Made by a program: the position numbers and the translations under genes. Shown piece after piece: positions 39,680 through 49,137 of a stretch of DNA of 64,000 nucleotides; the stretch's first letter is position 1; each line of letters begins with the position of its first letter. The notes under the pieces were generated by a model. The model saw only the letters and a program-made list of their open reading frames with translations. It had not been told where the DNA came from and did no database searches. This DNA is from Candidatus Poribacteria bacterium (GTDB taxonomy: Bacteria > Poribacteria > WGA-4E > UBA9662): NCBI GenBank assembly GCA_036339735.1, contig JAYZAL010000066.1:42652-106651 (forward strand), in the 5' to 3' direction.

Positions 39680-40150
39680 TCACTTTACAGTAAATGTGTG
39701 GCTTCGTTCAAAAATGTTGTCCAAGAAAATCTCTACAAACCACTCACCTGTAGAGAAGCCTCCTGATCTTGGATTAATGTAGAACCAAGTTATATGCTGA
39801 AAATCAGAGGAAAATCTAATTTCTTCTTCATCGTATGGAAGGTCATCTAATCCTTCGGCTGGTGAAAACCAGCGGACTTTGACAGTATGTGTACCAGTTA
39901 CATTGGTCCAATAGAGCCAAAGGAAAATGCGTTCGGAATCAGAAAAGAAATGATTAGTTATTCCATCAGGTCTGTCTTGGGATACATTAATCGCTAATAC
40001 AGAGTCAGCTACAATTCCTTCACCACGCACCAAGTTGGCAGAAACGCCAGCACTATTTTTATCATCCCCACAACTGCTAACTAACAAAAGAACCAAGACA
40101 AACAGAAGGGAATAGTATTCTGGGTAAGAAAATTTCTTAAACGATTCCAT
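39680..40150 (-). CDS. Hypothetical lipoprotein with an Ig-like beta-sandwich
   Basis: Lipobox LLVSSC; beta-rich sequence ending W..P...GEWFVEIFLD. Confidence 0.7.
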   Translation of the reverse strand: MESFKKFSYPEYYSLLFVLVLLLVSSCGDDKNSAGVSANLVRGEGIVADSVLAINVSQDRPDGITNHFFSDSERIFLWLYWTNVTGTHTVKVRWFSPAEGLDDLPYDEEEIRFSSDFQHITWFYINPRSGGFSTGEWFVEIFLDNIFERSHTFTVK

Positions 40151-40303
40151 ATTGATTCTGTACTTAAACTTAATGAAAACTCAATAATAGCAAATTGTAT
40201 CAGTTAATTCAGTAAACTGCAAAAAGATCGAAAATCAATGCTGAAAACGAGCTTAATGAGCAAGGGATTAACAACTGAATTGGCACAAAATCGGCTGTAA
40301 CAA

Positions 40304-40359
40304 AAGTAAAAAAGCACATACTAGGAATAATCCGAATTGCTAGTATGTGCTTTTTACTT
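40304..40359. terminator. Terminator-like hairpin
   Basis: aagtaaaaaagcacatactag ... ctagtatgtgctttttactt. It lies between divergent genes, so its role is unclear. Confidence 0.55.
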
Positions 40360-40641
40360 CTACTGTTTATTATTTGGTAATTCGTTAAGATTTTTTATTA
40401 AATTTAAATATAGTTAAAACATTTGTAAAATAGAATTCGTTTGAGCCTACTCTAATATTGAAAAATGGAACCTCCAGAGTTTTGCTACACAAAAAGATTA
40501 ATGACCATCCACTCAAATCCGGATTAGTCCTTTGGTTGTTGTTGATTTGTTCAGTCAGTGTTATAATTTTAGTAAGTTTAATGATCGCACATCATACAGA
40601 CCAGAAATTTAGTAATGGCGAAATCAAGATAGGAAAACAAG

Positions 40642-41418
40642 ATGTTAACAGCAGAACAGGTTCAATCTTATAATTCTGATGGTTATCTGTTAATACCAAA
40701 TGTATTTAATAAAGAAGAAATAAGTGAATGTGTGCAAGAAACAGACGCCATGTTTGAGCGTTTGCAAATGGATGGAGGAAAGTTGGAAGCGACTTGGGGT
40801 GGCAAATGGCAAGAGAGCCAAGTTGAGCAAACTGAACGTGGAAAGACTTCGGTGTTGAGTATACATAATATGCAGTATCATTCTGCTGTTTTTACCCGAA
40901 TGTTAGTACACCGCGAACTCACTTCAGCGGTTGTGAGTCTAATAGGACCAAACGTGCAATTACACCACACCAAATTGCATGTCAAACCCCCATACAAAGG
41001 CTCACCCTTTCCACTTCATCAAGATTACGAGTATTTTCCTCATACCAATGATACGATGTTGGCTGCAGTTGTGTACTTGGAAGATTCTTCTGTTGAAAGT
41101 GGTTGTTTGTGCGTGATACCAGGTGTGCATCGTCAGGGAGCAATAGACCATCAACATGATGGTAGCTATTATTTAGAACCCGAAAAATACCCATTAGATC
41201 AAGCGACACCCTGTGAAGGAAAAGCTGGAGATGTATTAATCTTCAGTTATCTGACCCCCCATGGTTCTTATCCAAATCGCACAAAAAATCCAAGGAGGAT
41301 TGTATTATTCCAGTTTCGTTCCGCAGATGATCTGCCATTGAAAGGAGTACATCAGTCTCCAGGACAAGGTATGATGATAGCTGGTATTAACCCAATCCCA
41401 ACGGCGAAACAAATCTAG
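40642..41418 (+). CDS. Phytanoyl-CoA dioxygenase (PhyH) family Fe(II)/2-oxoglutarate dioxygenase
   Basis: LTAEQV.SY..DGYL, HQD iron motif, GCL.VIPG.H and AGDVLIF...TPHGS.PN....RR. Confidence 0.9.
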   Translation: MLTAEQVQSYNSDGYLLIPNVFNKEEISECVQETDAMFERLQMDGGKLEATWGGKWQESQVEQTERGKTSVLSIHNMQYHSAVFTRMLVHRELTSAVVSLIGPNVQLHHTKLHVKPPYKGSPFPLHQDYEYFPHTNDTMLAAVVYLEDSSVESGCLCVIPGVHRQGAIDHQHDGSYYLEPEKYPLDQATPCEGKAGDVLIFSYLTPHGSYPNRTKNPRRIVLFQFRSADDLPLKGVHQSPGQGMMIAGINPIPTAKQI

Positions 41419-41419
41419 C

Positions 41420-43033
41420 ATGTTCGGCGATTATCAACCTAATCGGTTTGGCCCTAGCCGTTCGCCCATTATCTGTAAAAATGGTGCAGTTGCAACTAGC
41501 CAGCCATTAGCGGCTCAAGCTGGATTGAAAATCTTACAAGAAGGTGGTAATGCTGTGGACTCGGCTATAGCAACCGCTGCTGTATTGAATGTGGTTGAAC
41601 CAATGTCAACTGGCATTGGTGGTGATGCCTTTGCCTTGGTTTACATGCAAACAGAAAAGAAACTAGTGGGATTAAATGCTAGTGGCCGCTCAGCTTATGC
41701 TGCTGATCCAGAATTACTACTTCATCAGGGATTAACCACGATACCTGCGTACCATGACCTGCGAGCTTTCAATGTCCCAGGAGCCTTTGACGGTTGGGCT
41801 CAATTAATGGACCGATACGGTTCTATGTCGATGTCTGAGGTCTTACAGCCAGCTATTGATTACGCTGAAAATGGATTTCCTGTAAGTCCTCAAATTGGCA
41901 AATCCTGGTCTAAGTCAGTGCAGATGTTAGGTTACTGTAAAAATGCCCGACAAACTTATTTGATTAATGGTAGGAGTCCTAAAATAGGAGAAGTTTTTCA
42001 AATTAAGTCTTTAGCCCGTACACTGCGGCTATTAGCTGAAGGTGGTAGGCAAGCCTTCTATGAAGGTGAAATAGCAAAACGAATTGTTCAATATTCCAAT
42101 CAGAATAACGGTTGGATAAGCATGAAAGATTTTAAAGATCATACCTCAGAATGGGTTGAACCTATTTGTACCAATTATGGGGGATACCAAGTTTATGAGT
42201 TACCTCCCAACGGACAAGGTATTGCTGCTTTAATAGCTCTTAATATTATGAAGCAATTCGAACAGGTAAAAGTGCCGTTTGATAGTCCAGATCGTTTCCA
42301 CTTGATGATTGAAGCCATGAAACTTGGGTTGGTCGATTTACACCAGCATGTAACCGACCCGACATTTTCTGATATTCCTATTAGCCAGCTTTTATCTTTA
42401 AGTTATGGTAAGGAACAGGCGAAAAGAATTAACATGGGGCATTCTTTGCCCTCTGTTGATTTAACTAAATCAACTGTTGGATATGATACTGTTTACTTAT
42501 CGATAGTAGACAAGGACAGAAATGTAGTGTCGTTCATTAATAGTTTATTTCACCAGTTTGGTTCTTACTTAGTTGCTGGGAATACAGGCATTTTGTTGCA
42601 GAATCGAGGTGCTGGATTCTCACTTGACTGTGATCATGTCAACTACTTAGCTCCACACAAACGCACCTTACATACTATTATTCCAGGTATGATGATGAAA
42701 GATGGTATACCGTTGATGCCGTTTGGCGTAATGGGTGGACCAATGCAACCGCAAGGACATCTACAACTTATTAGTAATCTGGTTGATTACAATATGGATA
42801 TTCAATCGGCCCTAGACGCTCCAAGATTTCAGGTCATGCTAGATGGAAAAATTGCGGTTGAGGACAGTTTCAGGTTAGAAGTGTCAAAAGCTTTGGAAAA
42901 GAAGAATCATCAACTACTATTGGATAGCGATACATTTTTCGGTGGTGGCCAAGCCATTTTAGTTGATTCAGAAAATAATACACTTGTTGCAGGTTCTGAC
43001 TCACGAAGGGACGGTTGTGCAGTAGGATATTAG
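41420..43033 (+). CDS. ggt: Gamma-glutamyltransferase
   Basis: GGNAVD.A, GIGGDAF, catalytic DTVY, LQNRG, KR.LHTIIP, GVMGG.MQPQGH and D.RRDG. Confidence 0.93.
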   Translation: MFGDYQPNRFGPSRSPIICKNGAVATSQPLAAQAGLKILQEGGNAVDSAIATAAVLNVVEPMSTGIGGDAFALVYMQTEKKLVGLNASGRSAYAADPELLLHQGLTTIPAYHDLRAFNVPGAFDGWAQLMDRYGSMSMSEVLQPAIDYAENGFPVSPQIGKSWSKSVQMLGYCKNARQTYLINGRSPKIGEVFQIKSLARTLRLLAEGGRQAFYEGEIAKRIVQYSNQNNGWISMKDFKDHTSEWVEPICTNYGGYQVYELPPNGQGIAALIALNIMKQFEQVKVPFDSPDRFHLMIEAMKLGLVDLHQHVTDPTFSDIPISQLLSLSYGKEQAKRINMGHSLPSVDLTKSTVGYDTVYLSIVDKDRNVVSFINSLFHQFGSYLVAGNTGILLQNRGAGFSLDCDHVNYLAPHKRTLHTIIPGMMMKDGIPLMPFGVMGGPMQPQGHLQLISNLVDYNMDIQSALDAPRFQVMLDGKIAVEDSFRLEVSKALEKKNHQLLLDSDTFFGGGQAILVDSENNTLVAGSDSRRDGCAVGY

Positions 43034-43106
43034 TTTTCGGCTAATCCTTTTTCACCACTAGTCAAAAAGAGCAGTTAGGCTGTTGTTATTATCTTTTTGA
43101 TTTGTC

Positions 43107-43135
43107 TTGACATGCGCTAGCGCCTTACGTAAACT
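43107..43135 (+). promoter_or_regulatory. sigma70 promoter upstream of the TPR gene and hisC
   Basis: TTGACA, 17 nt spacer, TAAACT. Confidence 0.6.
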
Positions 43136-43238
43136 TTGCGTGCTTTGGTTCTGGCAGATTGGTTAGTTTTTCGTAATTCGGGTATTTAGAGTCATTAGAT
43201 TTAATATTATCTTGGCAAGAGATTTCAAGGAGTAGCTG

Positions 43239-44474
43239 GTGAAGCGTACCATTGTTATAGTCGATTTGGTAATTCTAGCATGTTTGGCCGGTTTTTTTAT
43301 TGGCCGAGGCACTAGCCACCAGATAAGCAAGTATGATGAACGAGCTGAAAAAGCTTGGAAGAAAGTAGAGCAAGCCGACACTCCGCCCGTGACGGAAGAT
43401 AGCACGCAAAAACAATTTGAAAAAGTACGAGTACTCTATCGAAAAGTTTTTGATCTATATCCGGATTCTCATTGGGCTGATGACGCACTTTATCAGTATG
43501 CATCTCGATTAGCCCGATCTCAAGAACAACAGTTTATTATGTTGCGTCGCTTGATTTCGGATTATCCAGATAGTGAGTACGCCGATGATTCTTTGTACGC
43601 TATTGCCTATGCAAACTATCGGCTTGCTGAGGACGAAAAAGCCAAAAATTCTGAGTTGGCTGAATCTGATTTGTATTATAACCGTGCTTTGCGTTTTTTT
43701 GAGCAGCTAGTCGCTAATTATCCAGGTAGTAGCTTACATAACAACTCTCTATTTAACAGAGCTATGTGTTACTATGGAAAAGGGCAATGGAGTATAGCTC
43801 AAGATGAGTTTCGAACATTGAGAATTGATTTAGCTAGTGATCCGATCGTTCATGAGGTAGTCTACCAACTTGGGCGTATAGCTATTGAGACTCAGCAATA
43901 CGAAGATGCGGTTTCTGAATTTCAGAATGTAGTTGATGCAGGAATTCAGAGGCTAGCACCCAATGCTCAGTTCGGTATTGCCCAGGCGTTTTTCTCTCAG
44001 AGTAAATATGAAGAAGCAATTTCTGCATACGAGCGTACAATTGAGAATTACCCTAAATCAATAGCAGCCCAAGATTCTTACTTCTACATAGGTTGGGCTT
44101 ACCAGCGAATGGGGAAAAATGAGGAGGCAATTATACAATTGGAAGAGGCCATATCATCATACCCGCGGAATGAGAATGCGCCAAATTCGCTTGTTTTTAT
44201 AGCCCAAATCCACTACGACCAAGAAAATTCTGATGGTGCTATTGAAACTTACCGAAAAGTGGTTGACGATAACGAAAAGTTTAGCTACGATATGCGCCGA
44301 TCGGCGCTGTATTGGATTGGCAAGATATACGAAGAAGAAGGTGACTTGGATCAGGCTGTTAATACCTATACTTCTCTGGTAAAAGATTATGCGGAGCATC
44401 ACCAAACGCATCATCACCCATCCAACAACATTAATGAAGAATATATCCAAAAGCTTCAAGCTAGTCGCTCTTAA
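43239..44474 (+). CDS. Membrane-anchored/periplasmic TPR protein (BamD/CpoB-like TPR_6 repeats)
   Basis: N-terminal hydrophobic segment and many ..YP.S..A..ALY repeats. Confidence 0.85.
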   Translation: MKRTIVIVDLVILACLAGFFIGRGTSHQISKYDERAEKAWKKVEQADTPPVTEDSTQKQFEKVRVLYRKVFDLYPDSHWADDALYQYASRLARSQEQQFIMLRRLISDYPDSEYADDSLYAIAYANYRLAEDEKAKNSELAESDLYYNRALRFFEQLVANYPGSSLHNNSLFNRAMCYYGKGQWSIAQDEFRTLRIDLASDPIVHEVVYQLGRIAIETQQYEDAVSEFQNVVDAGIQRLAPNAQFGIAQAFFSQSKYEEAISAYERTIENYPKSIAAQDSYFYIGWAYQRMGKNEEAIIQLEEAISSYPRNENAPNSLVFIAQIHYDQENSDGAIETYRKVVDDNEKFSYDMRRSALYWIGKIYEEEGDLDQAVNTYTSLVKDYAEHHQTHHHPSNNINEEYIQKLQASRS

Positions 44475-44487
44475 TTAGTTAGGTTCG

Positions 44488-45558
44488 ATGGATTTACGAC
44501 GTTTTTTTCGTTCGGACTTAGCTAAACTTTCGCCCTATTCTGTAAAAAAAAGTCGACCTCGGATTAAGCTTGACGCAAACGAGTCTCCGTTCGATCTACC
44601 AGTTTTTATTAGGCAGGAAATCCAAGAAAAGCTGTCAAGGCTAACTTTCCACCTTTACCCAGAACCAACCGCAGATGAGCTAAGAAGTTCTCTTGCAACA
44701 TACTTAGGCTTGCCTGCTGACTGGATCGTCATTGGTAATGGTTCAGACGAGCTATTATCTTACCTCGTTCAAGTTTTTTCCCGCGAACATTCCTCAATAC
44801 TCTACCCAACCCCAACCTTTTCAATGTATGGTATTTTGGCTCAGATAGCCGGAGTCTCTGCGTTTGGTATACCACTTGACAACAACTTCGATCTCGATGC
44901 CGAAATCTGGCAACATCAGCTAAACCAAAAGAGACAGAATTTGATTTTTTTGTCTTATCCAAACAATCCAACAGGGAACTTATTCAATACCAAAGTAATA
45001 GATCAAATATTAGAGCAGCCTAACACCCTTGTTGTGTTAGATGAAGCATACTATGAATTTTCTGGACGAACCTTTTTAGATAAGATAGGCTCTAATAAAA
45101 ATTTGATAATTACAAGGACTTTTTCTAAAGCTTATGGTTTGGCAAGTCTGCGTTGTGGTTATTTGATTGCTCACCCAGACATTATCAATCAAATCAACAA
45201 AGTTCGATTGCCCTATAACCTAAACCAATTCACACAAGTATGTGTTTCTAGTGTTCTGCAGCAAAGAGAGATGATTACGAGTAAGATTGCCATGCTTCAG
45301 TATGAACGTGGAATAGTTTACGAAGCATTGAAGAACATGGAGGGTGTGGATCCATTTCCGACCGACGCTAATTTCATCCTTTTTCGTACTCAATCTTCAT
45401 CAAGTCGGGTACATGCATCTTTACTTGATAAAGGCATTTTAATTCGTTCTTTCGAACAAAAAGAACCTCTAATTGACTGTTTGCGGGTGACTGTGGGAAC
45501 GGATAAACAGAATCACGAGTTTCTATCAAACCTTGCTATAGCTCTATCCCAAGATTAA
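44488..45558 (+). CDS. hisC: Histidinol-phosphate aminotransferase
   Basis: KLDANESP, GNGSDE, PTFSMY, PNNPTG, DEAY, RTFSKAYGLA.LR.GY and LRVTVGT. Confidence 0.95.
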   Translation: MDLRRFFRSDLAKLSPYSVKKSRPRIKLDANESPFDLPVFIRQEIQEKLSRLTFHLYPEPTADELRSSLATYLGLPADWIVIGNGSDELLSYLVQVFSREHSSILYPTPTFSMYGILAQIAGVSAFGIPLDNNFDLDAEIWQHQLNQKRQNLIFLSYPNNPTGNLFNTKVIDQILEQPNTLVVLDEAYYEFSGRTFLDKIGSNKNLIITRTFSKAYGLASLRCGYLIAHPDIINQINKVRLPYNLNQFTQVCVSSVLQQREMITSKIAMLQYERGIVYEALKNMEGVDPFPTDANFILFRTQSSSSRVHASLLDKGILIRSFEQKEPLIDCLRVTVGTDKQNHEFLSNLAIALSQD

Positions 45559-45736
45559 AAAAACAAGGTGCCGTACCCTGTTTTACTAGATTGGAAGGCT
45601 GTATAATTCAATGAAAATTTCAAACATTCTTCGAACTTGTCTAGGTAGGCAAGTTACAATACGTCTCATTGATTTATAGTCTCTAGCCGTTTTGCACACC
45701 GGTAGTAGGCTTACCACATATATGGGTCATTGACAA

Positions 45737-46699
45737 TCAAACCAAAAATGTCTGGGGCATAACCAAGCCTGTACTAGATTCAGTAGAACTATTTCCATGA
45801 GTGCCAAATGCCAGAACACCTTTAGCTGGCTCAATTAACGTTGGTGCTAAAAAAATCAAAGACCTATTGCGTTGACGAAATAAGTGAACAGCGTGATGCC
45901 CATTGATCCCATACATATTGATAAAATCGTAGATAATTTTTGGTAATTGCTGAGCTTCATCTGACTTGTGAGGCTGGTAAGCTGAAAATTCCCGAGCCTC
46001 AGTCTGTAATAAAGCCCCCATATCTAAACCTAAACGATGCTCTGATGGTGCAAATAGATGGATTACCTCCCGTTTTACGGGTGTAGATTTACCCCATCGG
46101 TGTTGGATAGATTTTAAGAAACTGTTAGCTGGATCTGAGTACTTTGCCACAGGGATTGATAAAGAAGATGTCTGGGTTGTCACTGGCATGTACTGGCAAA
46201 GAAGCAAATTCAAGGGGCCAAATTTTAAGTGATAATAGGTGTATTTCCATTTTGGCATTTGTACTAATTCCACCAAATGATTAAAGCTATCCACTTGAAA
46301 CTGGTTTTTGACCTGCAATGTCACATCATTAGACAAATCAAAATTATAAAAAACAAATCGTTCATCAATCTGGCTTGGCATATCACCAATTATCTGTTCT
46401 AGATCAACAATCTGTCGTTGCATATCTTCTAGAGTTATCTGCGCAATAGTTTCTTGATTCTCAGCTGTGCGTTCTGCCAACCTCTTGAGATCGTATATAA
46501 TTTTCGTTTTTTTGGATTGAATTTGCTGAAAATTCAATCCAGACGAAGCTAATCCATCTAACCGATCTAAATACTCAATATATTTGCGAGTGTCCTTCGC
46601 TGCTAGTTCCATTGTGGTTTGAATAGTCTTGATGGATTCAGAAATTGGTAGATTTTTCAGATTTAGATTGATCAAGTTAGATATCAGTTTTCTTTGCAT
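45737..46699 (-). CDS. Hypothetical protein (N-terminal coiled coil)
   Basis: 320-aa ORF filling the gap; helical N-half and alpha/beta C-half; no motif recognised. Confidence 0.65.
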   Translation of the reverse strand: MQRKLISNLINLNLKNLPISESIKTIQTTMELAAKDTRKYIEYLDRLDGLASSGLNFQQIQSKKTKIIYDLKRLAERTAENQETIAQITLEDMQRQIVDLEQIIGDMPSQIDERFVFYNFDLSNDVTLQVKNQFQVDSFNHLVELVQMPKWKYTYYHLKFGPLNLLLCQYMPVTTQTSSLSIPVAKYSDPANSFLKSIQHRWGKSTPVKREVIHLFAPSEHRLGLDMGALLQTEAREFSAYQPHKSDEAQQLPKIIYDFINMYGINGHHAVHLFRQRNRSLIFLAPTLIEPAKGVLAFGTHGNSSTESSTGLVMPQTFLV

Positions 46700-46882
46700 A
46701 CTTTGATTAGATTGCTCTTTTCCTACAACTGCTGGCTGTGCTATAATGTGCTTGTCCTTTGGCTCATAGAGACATTGGATTATACATTAAAATAATATCT
46801 AAATAACATACTTTTCCTCTAACCGTTTCTATTTTTATACTTTATTATTTTTTTGTTAAATTAGAGTCGTGGAGAACACTAG

Positions 46883-49090
46883 ATGGCAAAATGGAATGAG
46901 TTCATAGACAGTGCATTAACTAAGCTGTCAGGTACAAGACGAGGAGATAAGCTGCCACAACTGGCAGTCGGGTCGTCAGATGACGAAAAATCCGGTAAGC
47001 TCGTCCTTTTGGAAGGGAAAAAAAAGCGTCAGGAAAGACAGGTTAAGCAGAGGCTCAGCTATCAATTACTGGAGAAGATGCGTAGGCGAGCACTGAGTTG
47101 GAAATCTTACTATTATCATGATCAATATCAGATTCCTCGCCTAGCTATTACAAATGATAATGCTACTGGTGCCCATGTTGTCGAACGACGGTACCTAGTT
47201 TCCTTTGACCAAATTATTGAGGCCAATTTGTATACTAATGCTTCTGGGTCAGTGATCTCGATTGATGTTAACGATCTACAACATGTTCATCGTCAACAGT
47301 TTGATCAGTTGGATCAAGGCAAAATTCGTTTTCAAGTTTACGATGAAACGTTCGAAATGCGGATTTGGTATGGCGATCAAGAAAACAATGAGCATAATCA
47401 GCCTCAACCACTGGGGAAGCACAAAATTTTTATTAATGGTAATGTCTCTTTTTTACTTCGTCCCTTTCGTAATCTAGGAGCTGATGGTTTCGCAGCAGTA
47501 GCTAATCGCCTTTTGATTCAAGAAGATGTACCGGTTGATGCCAAAAATTCTATCGAATCGCTTTTGATGGAGCTAGGTAGTGAAGAGCTTTTAAAGCATT
47601 ATCAATCCGCTTTAGACGAGTTTAATCAAAAATCTGCCTTACGTCGTTCAATGAAACTAAACCAAGAAGCATCTGATGTGCCACTAGTTATTACTAAAGT
47701 TGACCGGCAAAAAAAGAATAGAAATGGGGAGCATAAGTTGATTGTTGACCACTCAGTGTCTGATAGTGCTTATCAGCTCTTTGCGGTAATGAGCGACAAT
47801 CATTTCGCCGAAATCGAAGAGGATTTGCTTTATATTAGCCTTTCCTCCCTGAGTTTTGATCGTTCAGGAGTATTGGATGGATGCTCATCCCTAAAAGAAA
47901 AACTTTATCAGTACGTCGAAGATGACATGTTAATTGATAAACAACTCGGTAATTTCTATCATTTCCTCAGTCAAGAAACTGAAGAACGTGAACTCAAAGA
48001 AACTAGAGTTGATTCGCTTAGATACTCAGCATTGGAAGATGAAGCCTACGAAGAGATTTTAGTAGAGATTTTAGAGGATCTACGGTGGATTATCGCCGAT
48101 TATCGCTACTCTAGTTACCTGCCGTTAAGAAGTCAGATCGACCAACTTCAACCGATAATTCACTCTTTGGGACAAGCACTAGAAGATGCCCGCGAGCTCC
48201 ATCGAAGACGCGAAATTACTGATTCTCGACAGATTCTTACCGAAAGAGCATTTGAATCTCCAAATGACCGACAATATCAAATGTCTTCCAGTTCGGAAAA
48301 TAGGAGCTACTATGACCAATTGCTCGACGTACAGCAAATCATCGAAGATATCAAAAAGCAGATGTATAGATCCGTTTCGGATGTTTCATTGTCTTTGACA
48401 AAATCAGCTTTCTTGATAGTTGAAATAAGCCTTCAGGATTTCCCGATTCTAACTCCGGTTAGCAGAAAATTACTTGAATTGATGGGACATATCATGTCAT
48501 CTCAAGAACAACCATCAGGAATTGTAGAACAAACGGTGGGTACAGATTTAGTTGCATCTCAAAATTTTGAGCTTGAAATTGTTGATCAATTGGTACATCT
48601 GATGGCTGAAATCCAGCAGGCTCTAGAAAACCAAGTAGCAGGCGATGATGTCCGTTATCTGCAATCTCTATCCACGGAATTAGAACAGATATGCCTTGGT
48701 GATAAATTAGTTTCCGATAGTGACTGGCACTCAGATTACGTTGAATTTGTAGACCATAAGGTTACTGATTTCAATGATCGAATTTTTCAAATGGCAATTG
48801 ATCGGCAAAAACAACTAGAAAGTGACCTCGGCGATCTGAATGAATTAGTTGATACTTTTGTCAGTGGTGTTAGTGTACCAGCTCTCTTACCATCACAACT
48901 CCATGAATCAGGTAATGGTATACAAACATACCTAGTACAAGAATTACAAAGTTATCTCAATGCTCAGGATTTGCAACTACATACAGTCCCAGGTCAGGAA
49001 CAACAACTCCAATCGTTATTGAATGAGTTACTACCAAAACGTTTGGATACACCACTCGAGCAAGTTGAATATTTTTTCCGTTTCTGCTAA
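46883..49090 (+). CDS. Hypothetical 735-aa, largely alpha-helical cytoplasmic protein
   Basis: Long ORF with a GGAG SD before the ATG. No signal peptide or known motif; acidic helical C-half. Confidence 0.8.
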   Translation: MAKWNEFIDSALTKLSGTRRGDKLPQLAVGSSDDEKSGKLVLLEGKKKRQERQVKQRLSYQLLEKMRRRALSWKSYYYHDQYQIPRLAITNDNATGAHVVERRYLVSFDQIIEANLYTNASGSVISIDVNDLQHVHRQQFDQLDQGKIRFQVYDETFEMRIWYGDQENNEHNQPQPLGKHKIFINGNVSFLLRPFRNLGADGFAAVANRLLIQEDVPVDAKNSIESLLMELGSEELLKHYQSALDEFNQKSALRRSMKLNQEASDVPLVITKVDRQKKNRNGEHKLIVDHSVSDSAYQLFAVMSDNHFAEIEEDLLYISLSSLSFDRSGVLDGCSSLKEKLYQYVEDDMLIDKQLGNFYHFLSQETEERELKETRVDSLRYSALEDEAYEEILVEILEDLRWIIADYRYSSYLPLRSQIDQLQPIIHSLGQALEDARELHRRREITDSRQILTERAFESPNDRQYQMSSSSENRSYYDQLLDVQQIIEDIKKQMYRSVSDVSLSLTKSAFLIVEISLQDFPILTPVSRKLLELMGHIMSSQEQPSGIVEQTVGTDLVASQNFELEIVDQLVHLMAEIQQALENQVAGDDVRYLQSLSTELEQICLGDKLVSDSDWHSDYVEFVDHKVTDFNDRIFQMAIDRQKQLESDLGDLNELVDTFVSGVSVPALLPSQLHESGNGIQTYLVQELQSYLNAQDLQLHTVPGQEQQLQSLLNELLPKRLDTPLEQVEYFFRFC

Positions 49091-49137
49091 TTTTATATAC
49101 TGATTAGTAAACTAAGTAAGGCAATTCTTCCAATCAA

